Shown here one piece after another: positions 1-12,969 of a stretch of 64,000 nt of DNA. A program made the translations under genes and the position numbers. The DNA is from the human T2T-CHM13v2.0 reference genome, Homo sapiens. Position 1 is the stretch's first letter, and each line of letters starts with the position of its first letter. The DNA is taken from assembly GCF_009914755.1 (NCBI RefSeq), contig NC_060932.1; one strand, written 5' to 3'. The notes beneath the pieces are model-generated. The model did not search any database. It worked only from the letters and a program-made list of their open reading frames with translations, and was not told the DNA's origin.

Positions 1-143
1 AAATTAGCTGGGCATGGTGGTGCATGCCTGTAATCCCAGCTACTCAGGAGGCTGAGGCAGGAGAATCACTTGAACCCGAAGGCAAAGGCTGCAGTGAGCT
101 GAGATCGCATCATTGCACTCCAGCCTGGGTGACAGAGCGAGAC
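1..143 (+). mobile_element. Alu right arm, cut by the window start, lacking a poly(A) tail
   Basis: TGCCTGTAATCCCAGCTACTCAGGAGGCTGAGGCAGGAGAATCACTTGAACC...CCAGCCTGGGTGACAGAGCGAGAC. Confidence 0.93.
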
Positions 144-2303
144 ACCGGCTCAGGACCAAGATTAAGTGGTGATCCCTGGGCCTGCCTGGCTGCCTCTAAA
201 AGCAGAACAAAGGAGCATGGAGTCCTGAAGTTCTATCATGGTAAATGTATTACCAAGTTATTAGTACTTGAATACTAACTCTGTGGCAAGAAAACAGACC
301 AGATATTCCTTGGGAATGAACGCTGAGAAAGCTGAAAGACCAGCTTGAATGGCTATCAAGCTAGACAAGGCAGAAGAGGTATGTGTATAAAATGCTGCAT
401 ATAATTACACAAAGGCCACAGATTTTCCAAAGCTCATGTTTAAATCCTAACTTAATAACTCCTGATATGCGCAGTTTTCTAAGGGAGAAATGATTCTCTG
501 GGTAACATTATTCCAGGGTCAAGTAAATTTTAACACGGGCCAAAAATATCCATATGCAATAGAGAATCAGCCATTCCTCCTATAAAGCATACACCCAGAA
601 ATAATAACAGAATCACAGCCTGATTTAATTTTTTTAATTAAGCAGATGTAAATTCTTTTAAATCTCCCACAGTAACAATGTCCAGTACAAATACACTGAT
701 ATTTAGATTCTTTTAAAGGAACTCAAAACACTACAGTAAAGTAAGGTAAAGGGTCATGCATGGTCACTGAATTACTTTATTAAAACCTGAAAACAACACT
801 GTAAGGAAGCGTTATTTATTCTCCTAACTTACAGGTGAATTAACCGAGAATTAGAAGTCGAATAACCTGCTCAAATCCACATAACTATGATTCCAACTCC
901 AGAGTTTGTACTTGTAACTAAACAAGCTAAAATGCAATAAAGGCTAACAATTATAATAACAATCAGTGCACAAAGGCAGAAGCTAAGCAACTGAACCAGC
1001 CTATCATTCTGTCCTCAAACACCCTATAAGGTAAATATTATTTTAACCTCTAGAAAAACATTTACAATGTTTTTGGCCAAATGCTTGAGAAGCAAAAATC
1101 TGGCGCTTTCTTATAAATATTTTTAGCCTCAAAGAAAATGGAGGATTACAAAATGTTATTTTTTAAATCAATGTTATTGAGGTAAAATTTACATTTAATG
1201 AAATGTGCCTATTTTAGGCTCAGAGTTTGATGAATTTTGACATACACTCATATTAACAATCACCAAAATGAAAATACAGAACATTTCTATCACCCCCAAA
1301 ACTTTCCTTGTATAGGAAATTCCCAGCCCCAAATCTAGACAATCAAAGAACCTCTTTCTGTCACTACGGATTAGTTTCGCCTATTCTAGAATTCCACAAA
1401 AATAGAATCTTACAGTACCTACACTATGTATCTGTCCTGTCTTCTTTTGCTCAGCATATTGTTTCTGAGATTCATGCATATCATTGGATGAATCACAAGT
1501 TTTGCTGTTGAATAGTATGCCAAGTCATGGTTACATTACAGTGTAACCATTTACCTAGTGGTAGATATTTGGGTTGTTTCCAATTTGGGGCTATTATAAA
1601 GAAAAATGCTACAAACTTTCATGTATAAGTCTTTGAATGGCCATATATTTTCATTTATCTTAGGTAAATACCACATGGAATTGCTGGGTGGTAAGATAAG
1701 TACTACATGCTTAACTTCATAAGAACATCATAAACTCTGACAAGGTGCCTGTACCATTTTATATCCCCAGCAGCAATATATGAGACTTCCAGTTGCCCCA
1801 CCATGACACTAGGTGTTGTCAGTCTTTTTAAACTTTAGCTATGGTTTTAATTTGCATTTCCCTGATGACTAATCACTTTGAGCATCTTTTCATGTGTTTA
1901 TTAGCCATTCTTATCTCTATTGTCTATTCAAAAATATTGTCCATTTTTGCCTTATTAATGAGTTGTAGGTATTCCTTTATATATTCTGAAGTCCTCTTTC
2001 AAATATATGTATTACGAATGTTTCCTTCTAATATATGTCTTGCTTTTTCATTTTGTAAAAAGTGTCTTTCTAGTACCAGAAGTTTAAATTTTGATGACTT
2101 ATAATTTCTCAATTTTTTCATGATCCATGTTTAAATTTTGATGACATGTAATTTCTCAATTGTTGCATGATCCGTGCTTTTTGTGTTCTAAGGAATCTTT
2201 GTCTATTTCCAAAATAGCAAAGTATTTTCTTCTGGAAATTTTACTTTAACTTTTACATATATGTCTATGACCCATTTCTGATTTATTTTTGTCTGTGGTG
2301 TGA

Positions 2304-3142
<839 letters not shown>

Positions 3143-3777
3143 TTTTATTCTGTTCCACTGATCCATATATCTGTCCCTATGTTAATTTTCTGCTGTCTTG
3201 ATTATTGTAGCTTTATAGCAAATCTTGAAGTCAGGTAGTGTGGGCCAGCCAATTTTGTTCTTTTCAAAATTGCTTTGGCTACTGCAAAAACAATTTGCAG
3301 TAGCCAAATTGTTTTTTTGCATCTCCAAATGTCAGCACTACTTTATTAATTTTACCAAAAAAAAAAAACTCTACTATGATTTTTGTTACAACTGCATTGC
3401 ATCTTCACATCAACTTTGAGAGAACTGAAATCTTAAATAATAGAGTCTTCTTTGAGCAGTATTTTATAGCCTTCAGTATACAGGTTGTGTACCTATTTTA
3501 TTAAATCTATCTCTGAATATGTTTTCACGCTATTTAATTCCCCAACTGCTCATTACTATTTACTAGAAATACCACTGATTTTTGTATACTAACCTTGCAA
3601 CTTGTGGCCTTACTAAATTCACTTATTCAGTAGCTTTTCAGTACTTTTGATTTATTATTTTCTACATACAGAATCATGGTGTCTATGAAGATAGTTTTAT
3701 ATCTCCTATTCCAATATTCCCCCATTTGTTTCTTCTTATTGTTGCACTTGATAGAACTCAAGTATAATGTGGGGTTC

Positions 3778-4043
3778 TTTGTTGTTTTTTTGAGGTGGGG
3801 TCTCACTGCGTTGCCTAGGCTGGAATGCAGTGGCGATCACAGCTCACTGAAGCCTTGACTTCCCAGGCCCAGGCAATCCTCCCACCTCAGTCTCCCAAGT
3901 AGCTGGGACTAGAGGCACACGCCAACAGAGATGGGGTTTGGTCATGTTTCCCAGGCTGGCCTCAAACTCCTAAGCTCAAGCAATCTGCCCACCTCGACCT
4001 CCCAAAGTGCTGGGATTACAGGCATGAGCCACCGTACCAGTCC
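3778..4043 (-). mobile_element. AluJ-like element with the A-rich linker deleted
   Basis: Antisense Alu; TSD AAGTATAATGT on both sides. Confidence 0.9.
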
Positions 4044-4415
4044 TTAAGTATAATGTTGAACAGAAGTGATAACAGTGTGTATTACTGCCTTGTTCCTGAT
4101 CTTACAAGTATTCAGTCTTTCACTATAAAGCATAATGTTATCTGGAGGTTGTTTGAAGAAGCCCTTTATCAGATTAAGAAAGTTCTCTTCCATTCCTAGT
4201 TTGCTGAGTCTATATCATTAGTGAGCGCTGACTTCTGTCAAATGTTTTTTCTGCACCTAATGAGATACTGATATGGTTGTTCTCCTTTATTCTATTAATT
4301 GGGTTAATTACTTTGATTACTGAATACTAAATTCATCTTGCTTTCCTAGAATAAACTTCATTTAATCATAATGTTATTTAAATTCGGCTGAATTTAATTT
4401 GCTGATATTTTGTTA

Positions 4416-4726
<311 letters not shown>

Positions 4727-5368
4727 ATTTTTATATCTGTGACCATGGGGGATACTGATCTTAAGTTCACTCTTCCTCATCCTTGCTTTGGTAACTTGTT
4801 CAAATTTTCTTCTCTGGTTTATGAGAGTTTTAAAAAGACATTTCTAATGCGTCTTTGTTATGGGTTTAGGTTAATTTCTCCCAAATAAAAAAAAATCCTA
4901 ATTTAACATTAATGTTAATAATTTAACATTATTTTTAACAAAATATTTAAAAAGTTACCTTGCTGCCTATCTTTCAGTTCTACATCTATTCTATAAAGTG
5001 ATATCTACATGAAGTAGAATCAGTTTAAGAGTTCTGACACACATTCCATGTGTAAAGCATATGAGAAAAGAGAAAAGAATATATTCCCCAAACCAAGGGA
5101 TGTAGTATACAAAAGGCAAAGTTCTATATCTATTGAAACAAATTGGGCTTTTCACCACTTTATGCTTACTTCATTTATCCAAGAGAATTTAATGTTGTAT
5201 ACTTGGATGACTTTTTCCTATTGGGTTGAACATATGAAACTGACATATTTGTAGGTCAAAGAAACGTCAAATATTGGCAGTTTCATACGGTTTAACCTCT
5301 AATTTAATGGCCTTGGAATAGTAACCAAAGTGAGCTCACCCAGTCTGTATGTTGTTTGATCAGTATAC

Positions 5369-5387
5369 AAGCACCATCTGGTGGCAG
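5369..5387 (-). promoter_or_regulatory. Candidate CTCF binding site
   Basis: The minus strand reads CTGCCACCAGATGGTGCT, one mismatch from the CTCF core CCACCAGATGGCGC, in non-repeat DNA. Confidence 0.55.
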
Positions 5388-5437
5388 AAACCAAAACTGT
5401 AGGTTTGTAACTGTTCATATCACTGCTGGTACAAATA

Positions 5438-5837
5438 CAGTCATCCCTAGGTTATCTGTGGGGAATTGTTTCCAGGACCTTCACCCTTACCCCCTACAGA
5501 TACCAAAATCCATGGCTGCTCAAGCCCCTGATATAAAATGCTCAAGTCCCTGATATAAAATATTAATATTTTAATATTTGCATATAACCTATGCACATCC
5601 TCCCATATACATTAAGTCATCTCTAGATTACTTATAATATCTAATACAATGTAAATGCTATGAAAATAGTAGTTACACTGCGTTGTTTAGGAAATAATGA
5701 CAAGAAAAAAATGTCTGTACATGTTCAATACAGATGCAACCACCCTTTTTTTCCTGAATATTTTCAATCCACAATTGGCTGGATCCATGAATGCTGAGCC
5801 CATGGATACAGAACCCAGGGATACGAGGGGCCAACTG
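5438..5837 (+). mobile_element. MER2 (Tigger-family) DNA transposon
   Basis: TA|CAGTCATCCCT...GATACGAGGGGCCAACTG TIRs; internal GATACCAAAATCCA and ATCTCTAGATTACTTATAATA. Confidence 0.88.
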
Positions 5838-6679
5838 AATATTCAACATCAACTGTTGTACTTTCCAATATGCTTTTTAAGAGGGTGTTACAAATGAGTG
5901 AAAAATCTTATATGCAAAGTTTGAACAACCTCAGAATAAATAGCACACCAACATCACAATACTTAGCAACAAATCATCAGCCTATATAACATAAACTGAA
6001 ATGTAATATACAAGCTGTTTTCATAAATCAGAATCTTGGCTATTATTAATTTTACTGATAATTAACATAATGCAATCAAGTCAATTTGGATGTTTCAAAA
6101 AACTTCTTTCGCCCTATCAAATTTCCACTGATAGCCATCACTATCTGTAAAATGATTTCCGTGTCTCACAGATTTATTTCACAGGGGTACAATGAAAAAC
6201 CAAGAAGCCTTAAGTAAGTGTCTAATTCTGGCCATAGAAACAAGTAACATTCAGGCAAAATAGTCCAAATTGTTTTCTTCTTGTTTAACTTGCTATGACT
6301 CAACATATATTAAAAGAAAATAACTTGACCAACCTAGCTATAAGAGATTGGGCCAAGAACTGGATACATTAGCTAAAGGTAACCTTGACATAAAATATAC
6401 TAAACACATCTAATGAGAATGTAGGCCATAAACTTGTTCCAAACTGAGTGTTAACAAATAAACAAACCCTTTGGGGAAGAAAGGATACACCTTCAATGAA
6501 CAAAGAGCTGATAGGTCACTCAAACTTGGGTTGAATCCTAAACTGCCATTTTCTTAAGATATATTACACAAACCTATTCTGAAAGCTCTAGATGTTATAC
6601 TACCTCTTGCCACGTCTACTTCCAACAAGTCTTTAAAGTCAAAGATAATCTTTGCTACCCTTCATTGTGGCCATAAAGA

Positions 6680-7500
6680 GTGATAAAATGACTCCTAAAT
6701 ACTTCGTAGGCAATTTAAATGCAACATAGTGCAAATTAAACTCTTCATCTTTCCAAAAACCTGCTCCAACTACTCTTGTGGTGAACAGTATTACTAGCCA
6801 TCCAAATATCTGAAGTTATCCTTAATACCCCAAATGCAATCAAGTCTACCTTCTAAATATCTATAGACACTGTCCCCTCCTCTCCATCTGCACTATTCCA
6901 GGCCTGCATCACATTATGCCTGAATTACAACAACATTGTTGTAATTCTTTATCCCTTCAAGTTTTAGGAATATTGCCAAAGCAATATTCCTAAAACATAT
7001 ATCCAATTATTTTATCCCTCAGCTTAAAATCCTTCAATGACTCCCAATCACCTTCAGAATAAAATCCAAACCTCGTGGCATGGACAATTCAGGACATTCA
7101 AATCGGGGCCCTGCCTAGACTTCACTCTTCTCATTCCAGACTTACCGAACTGTTTCTAAGTCCATGAATGAACTAAACTTCTCAGGATTCCTAGCCTTTG
7201 TTGCCAAAATCTGTATTACTTTTCCTTGCCCTCCTCACCTGGCTAAATCCTAGTTAACCTTGAAGATTCAGTTCATCCCTCCTGGAAGGCTTCTTTGGTG
7301 CCCCAATCTGGATGGGGTGCTTAGTTCCTTCCTAATGTTTCCATAGCACCATCGGGGCACATCTATCATTCTGTTCTTTCGTTTTCCTCTTCTACTAAAC
7401 TTAAGTCTATTAGACTGCCTGTCTTTCCTCAAAGTCTCTACTCAAACACAACATGTGGCAATGAGTAGGCATGCAATAAATGTCTGCTGAATGAAGATGA
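6680..7500 (+). mobile_element. L2 3' fragment
   Basis: CTTAAAATCCTTCAATGACTCCC...AGAATAAAATCCAAAC, ending CAATAAATGTCTGCTGAATGAA. Confidence 0.75.
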
Positions 7501-9354
7501 CCTCACGAAAGTCCTTCATTTGCTATTACTATCTCTGTTTTGCAAATGAGGAAATTAATGGAGGTCCAGAGCCTTGTGCAAGATCACTTAACTAAAAGCA
7601 TCAGAACTAGGAACTGAACCAAATGTTCTGACTGTAATGGAAATAATTTTCTCTAAAAATCTTTGCTTTTGAGGAACCGCTCCATAAAATAATTGTACCC
7701 TGCGGAGTAGTTTGGATGGGGCTAACCTGTTTCTCCAGGTTGGACATATAACCCAGGCTTGGCTAAAGTAAAGTATGTCCCTACTCCCAACCAAGTTTGA
7801 ATGATTAATTCCAGGATGGACAGTTTACTCCAAGTGTTTGTGGGGACTTTTCTAATGACTATCAAAAAAAAAACTTCACCTTCTTCACTACAAGTCTACA
7901 GACTATACAGTGTATGAAGTATAGCAAATGGGAATCGGCTTATTTGAAAACAAAGTAGAGAAAAAAAGAAACAAGAGCTAGAAAGAGAGAAATAGAAAAT
8001 GAGGAAGAACAACACTAAAGCCCTACATCCAACTATGCCTGTACATCTCCCCAAGAGATATCCCAGTTACATAGCTCAAAAATTCCCATTTGCACATAAC
8101 CTAGTTTGAGTTTTGGCCCCATGGAAATCTACACCAGCAGATCAAGGGGCCATTTGGTCTGCTGGTCTGCCATTTTGGCCATTTGCTAAGCAATAATATT
8201 TTTTTATCTGTGAATATACAAAATTGAAAAACTGTCTAAATTCAGCCATTCTATTTCTCTAATGTACATAATTTTTATAAGAAAGATGGGAGAACAAAAG
8301 CACGAAGTGTTCTCCAAGCTTTACCTTGTACTTTGTCAAATGAATTTTTATATGCTTTCTGCTTCATAATATATCTGTTAGTGAAAAGTGCCTCAAATGA
8401 TAAAGAAAAATACATAACCGGATGTAATTATTGTCAAACATCTTGGGCATAATAAAAGGAGACAGGTACTTCAGAATCCAAGTTGTATCTACAGAGTTTG
8501 CTCATGGATAAATGTTTTTTTCTCCACTCATCATTAAAAAAGAAGAAAAATTCAGTTCTTCTTAGGCCTTTGAATGAGTTCAAGTGGAGAAACCTCATCA
8601 GTAGAGGGTGGTAAAACAGCATAGGTAATACCTAATTTTGCTTAATATTACTTTAAGTAGAAAATAAAAGGACCTTTTCAAAAATCCCTCTAAATGATAC
8701 CTGTTTCTTGGACTTCACCTTTCATTCCCTGCCTTAAGAAGCTAATGATTAATCTGGGTTCTGACAAGGAAAAGAGCATCTCCTTGGATCTTTGGCTCCA
8801 GAGTCCCTGTAATCCATTCAAGTGTTGCCATCTATAAATTAAAATAAATATGAGAAATCATGGTTGTAACAGCCTACTGAGTAATGGTTAGGTCTGCGCT
8901 TCTGTGAGCAGAAAGAGCTTTTCAGTTGAAACATGGCTTGGTAGCTTACCAGTACTTTCCGATATTCTTTTTACCTTTTTGTGATCTGCAGAATATCATA
9001 AAATAAAGACACTCCAAAAAAGGAAAAGTCCATATTATCTATTCATGGAATGGCCTAAGGCACATCCTTTATTTATGACTTTGGAGAAATCATAAATAAA
9101 ATTATTGTACCCCTCACAACAACCATAAGAATTAGATCTTGGAACTAGAAACTGCCAACAAAGAAAAAATGCCGACATTCTTAACAGAAAATTTAGAAAA
9201 GAAAAAAAGAAAATCAAAATCACATGATCCCTGTCTAATTTCACATACTAACTCCTCTCTCCCTTGGTTCACTCTGATCAAGCCACATTGGCCTCTTGAG
9301 GCCAATGCCAGGCACACTTCTACTGCGGGGAGTACTTGCTATTTCTTGAGCCTG

Positions 9355-9358
<4 letters not shown>

Positions 9359-9401
<43 letters not shown>
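9359..9401. repeat. (CT)n microsatellite
   Basis: About 21 uninterrupted TC units. Confidence 0.97.
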
Positions 9402-9403
<2 letters not shown>

Positions 9404-10877
9404 ATTCACACTGCTTTTTCTCTCTCTTCCTTTGAGGTCTTTATCAAAAGCAACCTTCTCAGTGACTAACCACTTCTTATTGACTGACTACCTCCCCTAC
9501 AAGAACATGAGCTCCATAAGGACAGGGATTAGTGTCTGACTTTTCATTGCTTTAGCACCAGACTTTTTAAAAGTAATAAATTTAGAAGTAATAAAAGTAG
9601 TTTATTTCCATTTAAAAGTAATAAATTCACTAGTCAGAACTGTAGCAAAATTTCAATAAAGGACCACAGATACCAAAATAAAACAAATATAAAGATGTAA
9701 TACTCTCATAAATCTATTTACTAGAGTACATTAGCAATAAAATTAGTATATAATAGGCTAGGTGTTCCTTACTCAGGTGACTAAAGATATCTACTGTGCT
9801 GAAGTGGGCAACTAGCTTTATTTATTTACATTGGGGAACGTCAGATTAAACATAAAGGCAATGCGTATATTATACAGAGAAAGAGAAAATAAAACAACTA
9901 CAAGAGAAATGTGTTGTCCCTTGTGCCTCCTATGCGGTGTGGACACCAAGCTGAGGGCTGGGAAGCCTGCCATTGTATGCATCACAATTAGAAGCAGAGA
10001 TGTTACAGGAGAGAATGAAATATACCAAGGAAGCCAAGAAAAGCTGAGGGTTTAGGCCCATTAGCAAGGGGAAGATAGTAGATACACTCTGGAAGCATTA
10101 CCTAAGGGAGAAAAAGACGGACTAGATGCCACCAACTGCAAGTTTCCACACCTCGTGGACAAGGCACACGACCACAAAGAAAAGAGGAACTAAAGGACAA
10201 CACAAGATGCCTCTACAGAGGTGAGGTATATAGATGCCTCTCCCTTCCTAGCATAGAGAAAGCTCCCCCAGGCATACCTGAGAGGAAAAGGGAAGGGCAG
10301 AAGTCTAATACAGTGTGCAAATTCTTCTTAGAGAACCTAAACAATAATATTTAAAGGAACTATTTACAATTGAATAGAACTAAGTTTTAAATGGATACAA
10401 TTAAAGATAATTTTTCCCCTAGCAAGCAAGAAACCAAAAAGTATCAGATTATTTATGGACTAAATAAATATCTTCCCTACACATCTAAGTTATGGTATCA
10501 GTAAATACATAAAACCATAACAAAAGCACCAGCAAATATCTGATCAAATATAGGAAAGAATTTCTCAGGCATAAAAGAAGTGAGAGAAATAAAGAAAAAT
10601 CAATAGATTAGACCACATAAAATTTTAAAACTACAGGATATTAAAAACAAATACACAATTAAAAGCCAAATTTTTTAAAGCAGGAAAATTACAACAAACA
10701 AAATAGACTGAAGGTTAACATCCTCAACACATAAACATTTGAAAACTGGTGAAGCAATGGAATAAAAATCAGCAAATTAAAATAGACAAATCAAAAAGGA
10801 TAACAAATATCTAAAAAAAAAACTGTTCAGCCTCACTAGTAATCAATAAAATTGAATTTTAAAAACTACTACTTGAT

Positions 10878-11145
10878 GGCCACGTGAGGTGGCTCATGTC
10901 TGCAATCCTAACACTTTGAGAGGCTGAGAGAGGCGGATAACTTGAGGTCAGGAGTTTGAGATCAGCCTTGCTAACATGGTAAAACCCTGTTTCTACTAAA
11001 AATACAAAAATTAGCCGGAAATCGCTTGAACCCAGGAGGCGGAGGGTGCAGTGAGCTGAGACCACACCATGGCACTCCAACCTGGGTGACAGAGTGAGAC
11101 TTCATCTAAAAAACAAACAAACAAAAAAAAAAAAACAAAAAAAAC
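10878..11145 (+). mobile_element. AluS with a ~45-bp deletion in the right arm
   Basis: AAATTAGCCGG joins directly to AAATCGCTTGAACC; TSD-like ACTACTT. Confidence 0.92.
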
Positions 11146-11468
11146 ACTACTTTTTAACTACCAAAGAAGACAAAAACCTTTTTAACTCAGTGTTCTCAGA
11201 ATAGAATAAGCATTCTCATATACTGTAAGAAATTAGTACAAACTTTAGTGCAATTGGGCAATGCTTTATTCTTTTTAAAGAATATTCCCCTTATAGTAAT
11301 ATAAGGAAGGAAATAATCAGTGATGTGAACAAAGATTTACATAGTGATTATTTACTGCAGCAATCTTAACAAAAAAGGGGGCATAAACAACCTAGATAAA
11401 AAAATAGACATACATTTATATACCTTATGAAGCCATATGAAGCATTATGTAGCCATCAAAATCATTTT

Positions 11469-11781
11469 GTGCCAGGCACAGGGGCTAACGCCTGTAATCC
11501 CAGCACTTTGGGAGGCCGAGGCGGACAGATCACTTAAGGTCAGAAGTTCAAGACCCCCAGCCTGGCCAACATAGTGAAACCCCATCTCTACTAAAATACA
11601 AAAATTAGCCAGGCATGGTGGCAGGTGCCTGTAATCCCAGCTACTCAGGAGGCTGACACACAAGAATCACTTGAACCCGGGAGGCTGTGGGTGCAGTGAG
11701 ACAAGATCACACCACTGTACTCCAGCCTGGGTGACAGAGTGAGACTGCGTCTCAAAAAAAAAGAAAGAAAAGAAAAAAAAA
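11469..11781 (+). mobile_element. AluS
   Basis: Full dimeric Alu with an A-rich tail. Confidence 0.95.
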
Positions 11782-12833
11782 TTCTTAAATATATGACAAA
11801 TGGCCACTATATTAAGTGAAAAGAGAGTGCTTGTTTTGCATATACAAGATACACAAATTATGATATATCCATACAAAGTACACTAACCAGCAATAAAAAA
11901 GGGCAAAACCCAGATATAAGCAACATGGATGAATCCCCAAACAAGAAAATCATTATACAAAGTAAAAGAAGCCAGATGCACATAAATACTGTATGAGTCT
12001 AGATATAAAAAGTTCAACAACAGGCAAAAACTAGTCTATGATAATAAAATAGTGATTATTTCTGGGAGAAGGATGTGTCAAAGACAAAGAGGTCTGAGGA
12101 AACTCTCAGAGGTGATGGGAACATTCTGTATCTCGATCTGAGTGGTGATCACGTGAGGCTATACGTATGTAAAAAGTCATCAAATAAAGTATAAATACAT
12201 ATATACATACATAAAATAAAGTCATCAAGAGGTATACTTAAGATTTGTACATTTTACTGTATGTCTATCATACCTTCATAAAGTACTACAAAAACTGCAT
12301 ATAAAGGACAACTTCAACTTGGTTAAATATATTTAAATGCAAAGAAAAAAAGAATGTAAAGTACATGAAAATATAAAAGGTGGCAAATTCTGGGATTACA
12401 TTATTTACATTTTTTCTTTTTTCCCTATAAATTACAAACATTCATGTTCACTAATGTATTTAGACAAATCAAGAAAAAAACTGAGCTCTGCTTGGTAAAT
12501 GAATGAGAAAGTCAACACTATAAACTGTGAAATGACTTTAAGACTTGGTCTTCCCTGCAACAAATACAGGGCCCTCATGACACAATAAAAACTAGTTCCT
12601 TCAGATCTTTTACGTTTGTGGGGTAGGGGAAAAAAAAAAAAACTAGTTCCTGAAAACTGGGTTTCTTTAAGTTATTAATTTAAATATTCCTTGTGAACCT
12701 GCTTTATCTAAATTCCATGCACAATGCCCAAGGTCAATTAGATTTACAATGAAAATACTCTTTTGAGTGTGAGAAACTTTTATAACATGGATAAAATAAT
12801 AATTAAGAACAAAACCGAAAAAGACATACAAAC

Positions 12834-12969
12834 CTCTGATTGTACATGCCCCGAAAGTTGTAATTAGCTCTATAATTTGGGAATGGCTTTGGATCTAATG
12901 GCCTGTAGATGGCAGGCTCTCCCCTTTTCATAGCAAGCCCATTCAGTTCCACAGTTGGAGTTATACTGC
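12834..12969 (-). CDS. STAU2: STAU2 coding exon (136 nt): start of the split dsRBD2
   Basis: TTTTTTAAACAG|GCAGT... to ...CAGAG|GTTTGT. Encodes (G)SITPTVELNGLAMKRGEPAIYRPLDPKPFPNYRANYNFRGMYNQ(R); phase 1 in matches the previous exon. Confidence 0.97.

Noticed and set aside
8325-8374. 50-nt AG...GT segment on the minus strand (possible poison exon)
   Set aside because: Short pyrimidine tract with the branch-like CTAAC abutting the AG; chance-level evidence only.
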